This document shows, piece after piece, positions 12,429 through 25,205 of a DNA stretch of 64,000 bases. The notes below the pieces were generated by a model, which made no database searches, was not told the origin of the DNA, and saw nothing but the letters and a program-made list of their open reading frames with translations. Within the stretch, counting starts at the first letter, position 1; every line of letters starts with the position of its first letter. The stretch spans positions 41,284,966 to 41,348,965 of the forward strand of contig NC_068985.1 of NCBI RefSeq assembly GCF_001194135.2. The letters are read 5' to 3'. The position numbers were made by a program, and so were the translations under genes. The DNA is from Octopus bimaculoides. Taxonomy: Eukaryota.

Positions 12429-12659
12429 TAACCAATTAGCGCCCATGGTCCTTTTTTTTTGGGGGGGGACCAAAAGGATAATCCACATTTCTGCAACACC
12501 TGTATTTTTCTGAGATATCTTTTATTAGTCATCAAGACTGGAGTGTCTTTCAAATATTGTGATAATTTTTTTAATATATTTAGTATTAGATAAAGTCGTA
12601 TAAAAAAATATTTTTGGTAATGAATCAAATAAAAAATTTGGGTACTAATGTATTAATAA

Positions 12660-13210
12660 TAATTACAAGTACAAAGCAGTGACTCTCATGGCTTCTGTTC
12701 TTAACTGATTGGAATTTTTATCATGTACTTGCTTTGTTTTGGTGTAAAAGATGGGTTACAGGAAATATTCAGTTCAATACCACAGATTTGCTTGTCAGTT
12801 ACTTGACCTTAAGCAGTCGAGCGTGTCCCTTGGTGACTGACAATATGAGCATCTCTGATCACGAGCAGTAGTGGGCAAACATCATAGCTATGTTTTGAGA
12901 GAGATTCTTTGGGGTTTATATAATTTACCTCTGGGAACATAGATGCTTCACTCATCATCCTTAAACAACCCTTATTCAGAGATCTTTTGAGTGGAATTTG
13001 CTATACGACTTGAAGAAAATTCTAACTGCACCTGCAAGGTCATGCGCTGTTTATCTTAATATGAGATCACCATGTCGTGCATATGTTGTGATGCATGTGC
13101 TTGGTGTACCCTTATCAGACGGGTAGTCCTGATGAGTATATTGGGCTTCGTGTATTTGTACCCCAGTGTCAGTTTGATGGCATGCTCTGCTCTCTCACTC
13201 AATAATAATG

Positions 13211-13241
<31 letters not shown>

Positions 13242-13245
13242 TAAT
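12660..13245 (+). mobile_element. Interspersed repeat ending in an (AAT)n tail, probably a LINE 3' UTR
   Basis: About 550 bp of non-coding sequence ending ...GCTCTCTCACTC followed by (AAT)n at 13201-13250. Family assignment is from recall and is unverified. Confidence 0.4.
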
Positions 13246-13248
13246 AAT

Positions 13249-13460
13249 AATCCTTTCTACTATAGGCACAAATCCTGAAACTTTTGGAGGAGGGGTTCTA
13301 GTCCGTTACATTGACGCTAAAGCTCGACTAGTACTTTATTTTATCGACCCCAAAAGGAAAGTCGTACTCCACGGAATTTGAACTCAGAACGTGAAGACGG
13401 ACGAAATGCTAGCAAGTATTTTGTCCAACGTGCTAACGATTCCCCAACCCACCGCCTTAA
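13249..13460 (-). mobile_element. SINE family A
   Basis: TCCTTTCTACTATAGGCACA...TTTATCGACCCC...GGAATTTGAACTCAGAACG...GCTAACGATT. Confidence 0.85.
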
Positions 13461-13821
13461 CGTTAATAATGACAACAATAACAACAACAATAATAATATC
13501 GTCAGAGCATTTTCAAGAATTTTTATCGCCGCAGACGAATGTGTCAACTTTGTAAATTACGAGACATTAGCGTCAGCAGCAAGAGCAGCAACAGAAATGA
13601 TAACAACAGAGGCAACAACAATAATAACACCATCAACAGTAATGGATGCTGCAAAAATGTTTTATGAGATCTCATCCAGATGAATAAAAAAAAAGAAAAG
13701 AAAAAGAAAAGAAGCACTGCTCCACCCGTCCCTACAAACGTACACATACGCGTACACCCGCGCCAGCTATATAATTACAGGAACGTGAATGCATGAATGT
13801 ATGTATGCATGTATGTGTGTG

Positions 13822-13886
<65 letters not shown>

Positions 13887-13977
13887 GTATTTATATACAC
13901 ACACAAAACCATGGCTGTGTGTTAAAAAGTTTGAAACACGTGGTTCTGTGTTCATTTCCACTGCGTGGTATCTTGGA

Positions 13978-14470
13978 CCGTATTAGCTTGTCTCTTTTTT
14001 TGCTTGAAAATTCTAGCTTCATCGGGTTGTCATTTAGACATTTACGAACATAACCAAGTGTACCAATGATTACTGGTATAGATATAAATTTATAATCAGG
14101 ATAGAGGAGTTACAAATTCTGAAACATTTGTCCAAAGCTATTCTCCTTCTGAAACAGTTGTCCATAGCTATTCTCCTTATTTTGGAATAGTTGTTCATAA
14201 TTGCAAGGAAGTTAGCCTCTATGACTCTGCACAATCTTTCTTTTCTTTTCCAAATAACTATGTCAGGTGCGTTATGCTTGTACTTCGTAGATTTGGCGGG
14301 AATATTCTACCAATAATCACTGTTTGGATATGTATATATTCAATCGCAGAATTGTTGTTTATATTCATCCCAGACCAATCTTCCTTTTGCAGATGGCATT
14401 GTTCATTGTTTAGCAATATCATGACGCAGTGGGATGTTGTATATCGATGAATATCTTTATAGCTACTGAA
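13978..14470 (-). mobile_element. R4/Dong-like non-LTR retrotransposon fragment with restriction-like endonuclease (RLE) domain, pseudogenised
   Basis: Minus-strand translation DYW*NIPAKSTKYKHNAPDIVIWKRKERLCRVIEANF...KENSYGQLFQKENSFGQMFQNL*LLYPDYKFISIPVIIGTLGYVRKCL shows the PD..(D/E) RLE motif and the IPVIIG(A/T)LG motif. Confidence 0.75.
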
Positions 14471-15074
14471 TATGTGTGTATTGTTCTCTACAAAAGAGTA
14501 ACATAGTCGTTATTTGTGGTTAATTTTTAGGAGTTTAAGGGCTTCACTGTCCCGTTTATTCAGTAGCTATTTCCTGCTCTTGGATTATGAAAGCTGAGCC
14601 ATCGAAATGTGACATAACGTAACCTTGGACTGATTGCACGTTAATCAGTCATACGACACTGAAGCGATTATATATGAAGAAGTCACCGCCATTAAACATT
14701 ATAAATGTAAAGCAAGCAGATAAATTCAGCCATACTTCTTTCTTCAGAAATAAAGAAAAGTGGAACACAACAAAATGATTCAAGTACGTCTGGCATTTAT
14801 AAGAGCATGTTACTGATTGCGACATAATGGAGAAAGTTTTACGAAATGCTGATCATATAGCAAAGGAACAAAATGTTGCAGGTTATAGATAGCTGTGAAG
14901 TACCCCAAATCTATAAAAATCTGCAAAGTATCTAAATATCAGATCAGTAGTATTCCTTAAATGTCGCAACTCTAAGAAGTAGCTCTTGAAAAGTATCATA
15001 TCACCTCGAAATGGAATGAATCAATACTTAACTATTTACGAAGAACAACTGAACTTTTTGCTGATCTCACTAAG

Positions 15075-15290
15075 GAGGTAGGCTGACAGAATCGTAACCA
15101 CGCCGACAAAAATGCTTAGCGGTGTATTTTCCGACTTTACATTCTGAGTTCAAATGCCGCCGGGGTCAACTTTGCCTTTCATTCTTATGGAGTCGATAAT
15201 GTAAGTATCAGTTGAACACTGAGGTCAATGCGATCGAATTCCCCTTTCTCCAAAATTGCCGGCCTTCTACTAAAATTTGAAACCAATACT
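15075..15290 (+). mobile_element. SINE family A
   Basis: GGCTGACAGAATCGTAACCACGCC...GAGTTCAAATGCCGCC... Confidence 0.8.
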
Positions 15291-16154
15291 ACTGAGTTCA
15301 TTATTCATTGTATGAGTTCCCTCTTTGAAACTCTGTAGTCCCACATTTATCTCCATGTAACAGTTTTTAAAAGTCTACTTGTTTAGTTATATATTTTTAA
15401 AGTCAGTTTCTATATATTTTTAAAATTATTTCTAATTACGGAAACGAAATAACAAGTTACGCTGCTTACGATATTTTTTTTTACTAAATATACCAGAATA
15501 AAACCCTACACAAAACAACCCATTTATGTCAGGTGTACTGTAGAATTTGGTGTACTTTGTCATCAAAAGATTAGTTGAGAAGAGATTACAATGTATTAGT
15601 ATTAATAACGGACTATATCGTTTTATAAAAATATTTATTCTACTGTATGCATCGAGAAATCTAATTTTGTTCATGTTCACATCTATAACTTTAGTGTGAG
15701 TGTGTGCATGTAGGCTTATACATTTACACACACACATAATACAAATCTAGTTTCTGCGTCCAGTATTCTAACTGGGTATTGACTAACCCGAGATTATATT
15801 GGGAGATGTTTTCCTAAGTAGCCGTGCATTGAAATCGAACCCGAAACGACGGATGTTGTGAAGCAAACTTCATAATGACGCAACCGTGCTTGTGCCTTTA
15901 TACCCACGCAAAGTTATGTCGAAAATGTATCAAATGTTTGTTTTACAAACATTTAGTGATGTATTGGAGAGATATACTGATAAATTTATTAATGCGTTGT
16001 GCCCACCCATTTTTTAAAAAATAATTTGAATAATTTTCTGTGAATAACACCCAGTTAATTAAAAAATAAAGCCCATGCCTGTTCTTGCTGTTATTTTCAG
16101 TGGCGTATGTGCTACTGACCTTTATCAATATCTCATGATGACGCCAGACATCTA

Positions 16155-16238
16155 CGTCTGCTATGATAAATGTCGTCTGCTAGTGTGAATGTCGTCTGCT
16201 ATGGTGAATGTCGTTTGCTACGGTGAATGTCGTCTGCT
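16155..16238. repeat. 19-bp minisatellite, about 4.4 copies
   Basis: Unit CGTCTGCTATGGTGAATGT with variants at 16155, 16174, 16193, 16212 and a partial unit at 16231. Confidence 0.9.
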
Positions 16239-16430
16239 TCGTACTTAATAAGCCTCCGATGATTCTGTTTCATATTTTTCATCCTTTTGTATGAGCGCAA
16301 GAGTAGGTTATATGGGTAAGAAGCTCGATTTAGAACCACTATTTTTTTACTAAACATCCCACACCAAAAGCCTATTGTCCGGTACCTTGGGCAACTAGTT
16401 TTTCGTTATAGCCCCGGGCCGACCAATATC

Positions 16431-16513
<83 letters not shown>

Positions 16514-17009
16514 CGCGTGCGTCTCGTTGTGCTTGTCCCTTGCCACCGCTCGACAGCCGATATTTTTGTTAGGCTTGTTTATGTCTCCAGAAGATAGCGA
16601 TTCTGTATCTCTGGGATTAGTTGACCAATTTGCTCGACTAATCCTTTCAAGCCGCTACCTCCCAACGAGCTTGCAATCTACTGACTGGCGCAAGTAAAAG
16701 ATAAAAGATAAAAGATCTCAGGCTGTATACAAATTATTCTTGCTAAATGCCTATGATATAATATACTGCTATAACGCCAACGATATTTTTGTTTTTAATA
16801 TAATACCTAAAAGTTCTGATTACCTCGACCCCAGTGTTCAACTGGCACTTATTTTATTGATACCGAAAGGATGAAAGTCAAAGTCAACCTCGGCGGAATT
16901 CGAACTTAGAACGTAAAGACAGACGAAATGCCGCTAAGAATTTTGTCCGGCATGCTAACAATTCTGCCAGCTAGACGTCTTGGATACGCCAAATATCAAC
17001 GTAGAGTGA

Positions 17010-17640
17010 ACTAGAAAAGCATTCGGAGAGCGCAGACCTCCGCCAAGCAGCTCATTTCCATCCATATACACGCATACTGAAAATCATCCAATTTCCCAAA
17101 CCGGCAAAAACATAACCTCCTTGGCAGGGTTAAAAAAAAAAATAACACAGCCATATGATTTTTAAAAAAAACTTTAAAAACAGGAATCATCTGAAGCAGT
17201 TATAATACATAAATGACAACAGCAAGCTAGTTTCATCATACAACTAAAAAGAAACAAAAATTACCTAAAACTTGAGTGATACACACACAACACGAGCAAA
17301 ATTACTAATAGAGAAACGAAAATAACTTTGGAAACAGCAACGCCACCATAAGTTACGTTGAAACGATGAACGTGTTTTCAAGGGAGATAATCAAAGAACG
17401 TAACATTGTAATACTTCACGTAAAGTAAATATAAGAAATGAAAAATCCTTCAAGAATCCAGAAAAATTCACGGATCACTACCAAAATTTCATCATCTGTT
17501 CTTTGTGTCATTACCAACTTTTCCTACAAGTTTCATCAAGGACCATTCACAACTTTTTGAGTTATTTTTCACACAGATGGACAAACGGACAAACCAACGC
17601 CGATGAAAACATAACCTCCTTCCTTGGCGGAGTTAATAAG
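17010..17640 (+). mobile_element. Helentron/HINE-like element with subterminal inverted repeats
   Basis: CTCCGCCAAG (17038-17047) is inverted to CTTGGCGGAG (17623-17632). 3' motif GAAAACATAACCTCC(TTCC)TTGGCGGAG, with a second partial 3' end at about 17107-17132. Confidence 0.55.
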
Positions 17641-17708
17641 TTAAATACTATGTCGCCAGTCTTATCGAAATGTGATAACGCGAAACTCGTAGTAATACGG
17701 TGTAATAT

Positions 17709-17745
<37 letters not shown>

Positions 17746-17837
17746 AAATCTAATATATATTTATGTCTGAATGCATGTGATAGAATATGGTGCGTATGTA
17801 TCACGTTCATTTACATAAGTATACACTTACATACATT

Positions 17838-17871
<34 letters not shown>

Positions 17872-18492
17872 CTACGTCTACGTAAACGAATGTGGATGTG
17901 TACTTATCTATATGGGTACATTATTCGCCAGGGAATGTGTTATATATGTGCATATGTGTATACACGTAGATGCATTAAGTGCATATATGCGTACGTACAT
18001 AGACGCATATGTGCATATATGCGAATATTCTGTGCACAAGTCTGTCTGTTATTGTGCGCATTAACAGGGTATAAATAGGATGGTTTGATTATTATATTAA
18101 TACGGATTGATTGATTAAGAAATTTACCGACTAAAATAGACAGATTAAATTAAAAGCGAATTACATACATATGTAGATTGTACACACGCGCGCGCACACA
18201 CACACTCACACATACATACACACACACTTCGTATATCTTCCTCTGTGTATGTGTATATTTGCTTGTGTGTATATGTCTGTGTGTGTGCATGTGTATATGC
18301 GTATGTATATATATCTCTGCCTATGTATGCATGAATATATCTATCTATCTATCTATCTATTTCTTCCTATACATAAATGCCTACATGTACGCATATATGT
18401 ATATAAATTTCTACGTATATGCATATAATTATATGCAGGTGCTTCTCGTATATGCACACACACACATATATATACATATATATGCATATATG

Positions 18493-18539
<47 letters not shown>

Positions 18540-18990
18540 ATATGTATGTATTTGTACGTATACATACAGAAACACATACACGCACACACACACACAGATT
18601 ACACACGTACGTACGTATGAAATAGCCCATTAATGCACATAATCGAAATTGCATTAGTTTCTTCCACATTCTCTCCATACCCCCTCCCCTTCTGTTCTTC
18701 CTTCCCCTCATTCTCCTCGCTTCCTTCCAACCATCCATCCAGTCAGCCAGCCATCGTTCCTTCCTTCTTCACTACCATATACCACCACCATCACAGCCGC
18801 CGCCGCCGCCGCCGCCGCCGCTACCACCAGGACTGTTTGTAGCTGTTGTGATCGTACCGAGAGACTTGTTTATAACAGCATCTCAAGTGGCGAAATAATT
18901 AAATCAAACGAGAATCAAAGGATGGGTAAATCATAGTCGTGAAGAAGTGATGACGATGACGATGACGATGACGATGATAGTGAGATGATG

Positions 18991-19024
<34 letters not shown>

Positions 19025-20158
19025 TGGTGGCTGTGGTGAATGAAGGCAACGGTGATACTGAAGGCGACAACTACGATGGGATGACGGTGATGATGATGAT
19101 GAAATGATTGGTAATGACGATGATGGTGATGACAATGCCGGTAATAATGATGTTAAGTAAGCAAAAACAAAAAAAGAAGAAGAAAAGGAATACAGGGGAT
19201 TTAATTACAAAAGGCTTTAGATGTAAGTAGACTGAGGAAAGTTAATGAAAATGGCGATGGATCTAGTGGTGGTGGTGGTGGTGGTGGTGGTGGTGGTGNN
19301 NNNNNNNNNNNNNNNNNNNNNNNNNNNNNNNNNNNNNNNNNNNNNNNNNNNNNNNNNNNNNNNNNNNNNNNNNNNNNNNNNNNNNNNNNNNNNNNNNNNN
19401 NNNNNNNNNNNNNNNNNNNNNNNNNNNNNNNNNNNNNNNNNNNNNNNNNNNNNNNNNNNNNNNNNNNNNNNNNNNNNNNNNNNNNNNNNNNNNNNNNNNN
19501 NNNNNNNNTGGTGTTGGTAGTGATGGTCTTTCAGATGGCAACAGTAGGTAGACACAGTGTGGTGGTGGTGGTGATGATGGTAGTGGTGGTGATGATGATG
19601 ATAATGATGATGATGATGATGATGGTGATACTGGTAGGGGTGGTGATGATGGTGGTGGTGGTTTGTGGCAGTGGTAGTGATGGTGGTGGTGGTGATGGTG
19701 ATGACCATAGTGGTGGTGTTGATGTTGATTATGGTGGTGGTGGTAGTGGCGGTGGTGGCCTTGGTGGTGGTGGTAGTGGTGGTGCTGCAGCTATTGCTCA
19801 AGGCGATGGCTCTATCGGTCGTGGTGGTGGTGGTGATGAGTTCATGATTATGTCGACGGTGGGGGTACGGTGGGGGTGAAGGTAACGTCAGGGTCAGTGA
19901 TGATGGTGGTAGCGGTGGTATTGGTGATGGTGATGGTAGAGGTGTAGACATCAGAGACTGTTGTATTGTAGGGGAATGAGTCGTTTAGTTTGTAACAAAT
20001 AATTCAAATATAACCCCACCTCTCTTTTTTTCTCACTCTCTCTCGCTCCCTCTCTCTCCCTAACATACAGACACACGCTAATATATATACATTCATATCT
20101 ACGTATATGTATGTTTTCATACATATATATACATACATATACACAAGCATACACTTCG

Positions 20159-20205
<47 letters not shown>

Positions 20206-21051
20206 CATTTATCTATCTGTCTGTCTATCTAGCTGGCTATCCATCCATCCATCCATCCATCCATCCATCCACCATATATCTATCTATCGATCTTTTCTAC
20301 TTGTTTCTGTCATTAGACAACGGCCTTGCTGGAGCACCGCTAGGTTACGGAGACATGAATACACCAGCATCAGTTGTCAAGGGATGATGGGGGAACAAGC
20401 ACACACATAAATATATATATATATATANNNNNNNNNNNNNNNNNNNNNNNNNNNNNNNNNNNNNNNNNNNNNNNNNNNNNNNNNNNNNNNNNNNNNNNNN
20501 NNNNNNNNNNNNNNNNNNNNNNNNNNNNNNNNNNNNNNNNNNNNNNNNNNNNNNNNNNNNNNNNNNNNNNNNNNNNNNNNNNNNNNNNNNNNNNNNNNNN
20601 NNNNNNNNNNNNNNNNNNNNNNNNNNNNNNNNNNNNNNNNNNNNNNNNNNNNNNNNNNNNNNNNNNNNNNNNNNNNNNNNNNNNNNNNNNNNNNNNNNNN
20701 NNNNNNNNNNNNNNNNNNNNNNNNNNNNNNNNNNNNNNNNNNNNNNNNNNNNNNNNNNNNNNNNNNNNNNNNNNNNNNNNNNNNNNNNNNNNNNNNNNNN
20801 NNNNNNNNNNNNNNNNNNNNNNNNNNNNNNNNNNNNNNNNNNNNNNNNNNNNNNNNNNNNNNNNNNNNNNNNNNNNNNNNNNNNNNNNNNNNNNNNNNNN
20901 NNNNNNNNNNNNNNNNNNNNNNNNNNNNNNNNNNNNNNNNNNNNNNNNNNNNNNNNNNNNNNNNNNNNNNNNNNNNNNNNNNNNNNNNNNNNNNNNNNNN
21001 NNNNNNNNNNNNNNNNNNNNNNNNNNNNNNNNNNNNNNNNNNNNNNNNNNN

Positions 21052-21079
<28 letters not shown>

Positions 21080-21082
<3 letters not shown>

Positions 21083-21290
21083 CTGTGTTTGTCCCCTACC
21101 ATCGCCTGACAACCAATGCTGGTGTGTTTATGTCCCCGTAAGCTAGCTGTTCGGCAAAAGAGACCAATAGAATAAGTACTAGGCTTACAGAGAATAAGTC
21201 GTGGGGTTGATTTCTTCGACTATACCCTTTAAGGCGGTGCTCCAGCGCGGCCGCAGTCAAATGACTGAAACAAGTAAAAGAATAAGAGTG
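21080..21290 (-). mobile_element. SINE/repeat family B
   Basis: TTTGTCCCC...ACAACC.ATGCTGGTGTGTTTA.GTCCCCGTAA...GTTCGGCAAAAGAGACC.ATAGAATAAGTACTAGGC...GGCGGTGCTCCAGC. Other copies at about 8455-8530, 16560-16730, 20290-20410, 22120-22290, 37380-37610, 37850-37950, 43555-43735, 53385-53550. Confidence 0.8.
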
Positions 21291-22313
21291 TACATTCATA
21301 CATACATACATACATACGCACGTACGTATGTACGTATGTATAAGAGCATAGTTATCAATGTCAGTTATTCAGTCTGAAGTCAGATTGATAGCCATCTGAG
21401 CGGAAGTTGAGTCAAAGCAAATAGGCTTTAAAAAAATTTATTAGTGTGCAGTAAATTGTAAGTCAAACATAGTGAGTCATGTTAACTCTGATTGTCATCT
21501 TTGTACCTATCACCCTATATGTAAAGGAATGATGTAGTTTATGGCAATTCTGTCATCGTCGTCGTTGTTTCAGCCCTTGTAGTAGTGACTTATAATCAGA
21601 GGTATGCCGGCCATGCACTTCGCTTAATTTTCTTTTGAATTCGTGTATTTAGGGTTACATTAATCATATTTTTCCTAGGATAGCGAGCTGGCAGAATCGA
21701 TAACACGCCGTGCATAGTGCTTTGCTGTATTTGTTCTGGCTTTACGTTCTGAGTTTAAATTCTACCGTGGTCGGCTCTGCCTTTCGTGGTCGATAAAAAA
21801 AAATACCAGTTGAGTACTGGTTCAGTGTAATCTACTCCCCTGACGCCTAGATTAGAAATAATTATTCATCGTTTGATCTTTTGCCTGCAGAGAAAGCATG
21901 AGTATGTTATAGTTGTCTAATTCCCAGATTTGCTTTAATTAAGCAGACTTATGTTTAAATATGTTCCAGATGTGACCATCCTTTTAGTATATATTTTTTT
22001 GTTTAGATTTCATAATGTAGGACTACATTGTGCAACCTGTGACTCGTCGTATAAAAAGTATGACATTGCTGCTGCTGTTGATATTGTGTAGCAAAATCAT
22101 AATAAAAGCTTTTCTTCCATCACCACTCGACAACCGATGCTGGTTTGTTTACATCCCTGTCAGCTAGCAGTTCGGCAACAGAGACTGATAGAATAAACAC
22201 TAGGCTTTAAAATACGAAGTTCTCGGGTCGATTCAAGGCGATGCCCCAGCATGACTGCACTCCAATCACTGCAACAAGATAAAAGATGTGTCGTAGCCTA
22301 CGTTAGTCTAGAC

Positions 22314-22499
22314 CAGTGCTCCTCAACCGGTATGCCACGGCACACTGGTGTGCCACGAGACGATGCTATGTGTGCCGCAGTGTAACCTGAATATAACTTT
22401 TTCCCCTATACTTTTAGTTACATCTTTAATTTAGGTGTGCCGCCGAATTTTGAAAGGAATATAAGTGTACTGCAAGTGAGAAAAACTTACGGAGCACTG
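22314..22499. mobile_element. hAT (Charlie/SPIN-like) MITE with perfect 8-bp TSD GTCTAGAC
   Basis: TIRs CAGTGCTCC...GGAGCACTG. GTCTAGAC at 22306-22313 and 22500-22507 matches the NTCTAGAN target preference of Charlie-group hATs. Confidence 0.9.
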
Positions 22500-22507
22500 G
22501 TCTAGAC

Positions 22508-22852
22508 CTGAGGTTCTCAACTGATTTTGTTTTTCACTTATGAAGCCCCTTTGATTATTATTTTATCCTGGTGGACCCCAGAGCCATTTCATGCTTAAAA
22601 GTTAGTTTTATAGAAGCTTCTTTCAAAATTCCTACTTTGATCTTCATACACTAACTTGTGCAGGTTGAATCATATAAAATGTTAGAGAAATAAATCTAGC
22701 TGCTTCTTGCAATAAATGTATCTTAAGCAAGAATTTTCATGAACACTTAAAATACTACTGTGGCTCCCTAATTTACTATTTTTCTGGTGCTGATCCCCAA
22801 AAATTTTCTATGAACCCTCAGGGGTCATATGGACTCCGGTTGAGAATCACTA
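22508..22852. mobile_element. Second hAT MITE abutting the first at the same target site
   Basis: Ends CTGAGGTTCTCAAC...GTTGAGAATCACTA, followed by GTCAAGAC (22853-22860), one mismatch from GTCTAGAC. Confidence 0.8.
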
Positions 22853-22944
22853 GTCAAGACGATGAGCATTTAGTTCTTCCATCAACTAAACTAATTACTC
22901 GTTAAACTGACATGGAAGTGGACGAGTATTCCACAGAAACATAT

Positions 22945-23332
22945 TGTTGTTGTTGGCACTCCGTCGTTTACGACGTCGAGGGTTCCAGTTGATCCGATCA
23001 ACGGAACAGCCTGCTCGTGAAATTAACGTGCACGTGGCTGAGCACTCCACAGACACGTGTACCCTTAACGTAGTTCTCGGGGATATTCAGCGTGACACAG
23101 CGTGACAAGGCTGACCCTTTGAATTACAGACACAACAGAAACAGGAAGTAAGAATGAGAGAAAGTTGTGGTGAAAGAGTACAGCAGGGTTCGCCACTATC
23201 CCCTGCCGGAGCCTCGTGGGGCTTTAGGTGTTTTCGCTCAGTAAACACACACAACACCCGGTCTGGGAATCGAAACCGCGATCCTATGACCGCGAGTCCG
23301 CTGCACTAACCAGTGGGCCATTGCGCCTCCAC
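22945..23332 (-). mobile_element. Near full-length tRNA-derived SINE family D (OR-type)
   Basis: Minus-strand head GTGGAGGCGCAATGGCCCACTGGTTAGTGCAGCGGACTCGCGGTCATAGGATCGCGGTTTCGATTCCCAG (A and B boxes). The 3' half is shared with 46464-46793, and there is a (CAA)n tail. Confidence 0.85.
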
Positions 23333-24639
23333 TACAGAAACATATACCTTTAACGTAATTCTCAGGCAAAATCAGAGTAATACAGTATCTGACAAGGGCT
23401 GACCATTGAATTATTGGTACAGTCCATTTGTCAAGGTTCTGCAAAGTTTCCTCTTATCCAGAATCACTTGCAAGGCTTGGATCGAACAGAAACTATATTA
23501 AAATACAATTGTCCATTCAGTTTTTTTTTCTAAAGTGAGAGATCACCTTAACTTTTCGATAATTTAATCTTGTATAATTTTATGGTTTTAACTTTTTATC
23601 ACTCTACATTTTCGTGTTCAAATAAAGATTCTTCTCCAATTAAAAGTAACAAATTACCCAAGGTATGACTAGGATACACAAGGCAACACTGGGAATGAAC
23701 CCAGAATCACATAACAGCCAAGTAGACGTTTTAATCACTTGACTATGCCTGAAGATGCGTATGTGTGCGTAGGGAGTGCGCTTCGGCCAAGTTTCTTGGC
23801 AATAAATGAATGAAGGATAAAACCTTAAAACTCGTAATTTCCGGATATGAAGTTCCCGTCACAGATACCATTCACATATGACTGGTGTAAATAACTAATA
23901 AAAGTTAGGCACACGGAGGTAGTGATGTAGAATAAAATGTTACTCTTAGAAGCACTACGAAATTCCTGCAATAAGATTTGAACCCATGAAGATTGAGCGA
24001 TAGCCTGTCATCTTGTGAAAACACGTTCACTAATAGTTTATGAGCTTGAATAAGTTTATATATCGTGGGAGGAAGAAACATCTGACGCTTCTGAACTTAT
24101 ACATCGTCGCAGAAAAAAAAAACATGTAAAACAGCTTTTGAGAAATCGCTTTCCTCAAAGATGAAAGGTAAGTCTCGATATGTCATTTCGTCATTTCCCA
24201 CTTCTCTGCAAAGACAAGCAAACTCACTTCGTAAATTTCGGTGACGTAGACAGCCACCAGTTTCCTCAGACTTACTTTTTTACGTTCAAAAACTGTTGAC
24301 TAAACATGTTATAAAAGAACAATAACACACACACATACTCTAAGTTTAAAATGTAAATTTGTTTTTAGTATCTACATTCCAGCAACGAGGCTTTGTATTT
24401 TTGTCAGAAACCAGCTTCTTCTACAAAGGAAGATTTCAAATGATTAAAAACAGAAGAGAACATACAGACATACATGCCTGCCTATATACATACATACATA
24501 CATACATACACACATAGAAACATACATACACATACACGCATACATACATACATACACACACATATGCATGCATACATACGCACATACATGCACACATACG
24601 TATGTACATACACACATACAGGCGTACATACACACAACC

Positions 24640-25205
24640 GGACAGATATTGGTGTGTAGGACTACAAAGACATATACTGTCACGGAAATCAGCTGCCCTC
24701 TGGACATTAATGTCCTCCCGAAAATACAGGAGGGAAACAAACATTTTTGGACCATTGATAAGCAGTTTGCAAATCCACTGCTGAAGATACACTTTCAGTT
24801 TCATATTATTATTGGAACAACAAGGCGACGAGCTGGCAGAATCGTTAGCACGTCGGGTAAAATGCTTAGCGGTATTTCGTCTGCCGCTACGTTCTGAGTT
24901 CAAATTCCGCTGGGGTCGACCTTGCCTTTCATCCTTTCAAGGTCGATGAATTAAGTACCAGTCAAACAATGGGGTCGATCTAATTGACTAGTCCCTTCCC
25001 TCAAAATTTCAGGCCTTGTGTCTTTAGTAGAAAGGATTAATTTTGGATCAACAGAATGTGCCAACCCGTTTGGAGCAAAGTATGGCACAACTTGAGCCTT
25101 TGTGGGGAAGGGACAGAATGTAGCTCCTTAAACCATACGCTGCAAATGATTACGATACGTGGGACAATAAAAATCTGTAAGACATTCTTAAGATTCAATG
25201 GATGA
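24640..25205 (+). mobile_element. R4/Dong-like RLE LINE 3' fragment interrupted by a SINE
   Basis: GQILVCRTTKTYTVTEISCPLDINVLPKIQE / NIFGPLISSLQI before the SINE, and LQMITIRGTIKICKTFLRFNG* after it. Matches the other RLE fragments (TVKICKTF). Confidence 0.7.
24823..25042 (+). mobile_element. Well-preserved SINE family A with target-site duplication
   Basis: Full head-to-tail copy. TSD TTGGAACAACA (24812-24822) / TTGGATCAACA (25043-25053). Confidence 0.9.

Noticed and set aside
16155-16238. CRISPR array
   Set aside because: Contiguous tandem units without spacers, in a eukaryotic context with no cas genes.
17650-17700. GAAA-CTCGTAG-TA with an upstream hairpin (similar case at about 60495-60515 on the minus strand)
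   Set aside because: No recognisable CUGANGA core, and the second case has a G at the cleavage position.
19217-19951. His/Thr/Val-rich ORFs (also 26343-26921, 45460-46307, 31584-31827)
   Set aside because: Translations of trinucleotide microsatellites, open in several frames on both strands, with no splice signals or domains.
23240-23332. tRNA gene
   Set aside because: tRNA-like head of a SINE with an attached body and tail, and no proper cloverleaf or terminator.
24135-24173. Plus-strand micro-exon ending AAG|GTAAGT
   Set aside because: The upstream acceptor is A-rich with no polypyrimidine tract, and there are no supporting neighbouring exons.
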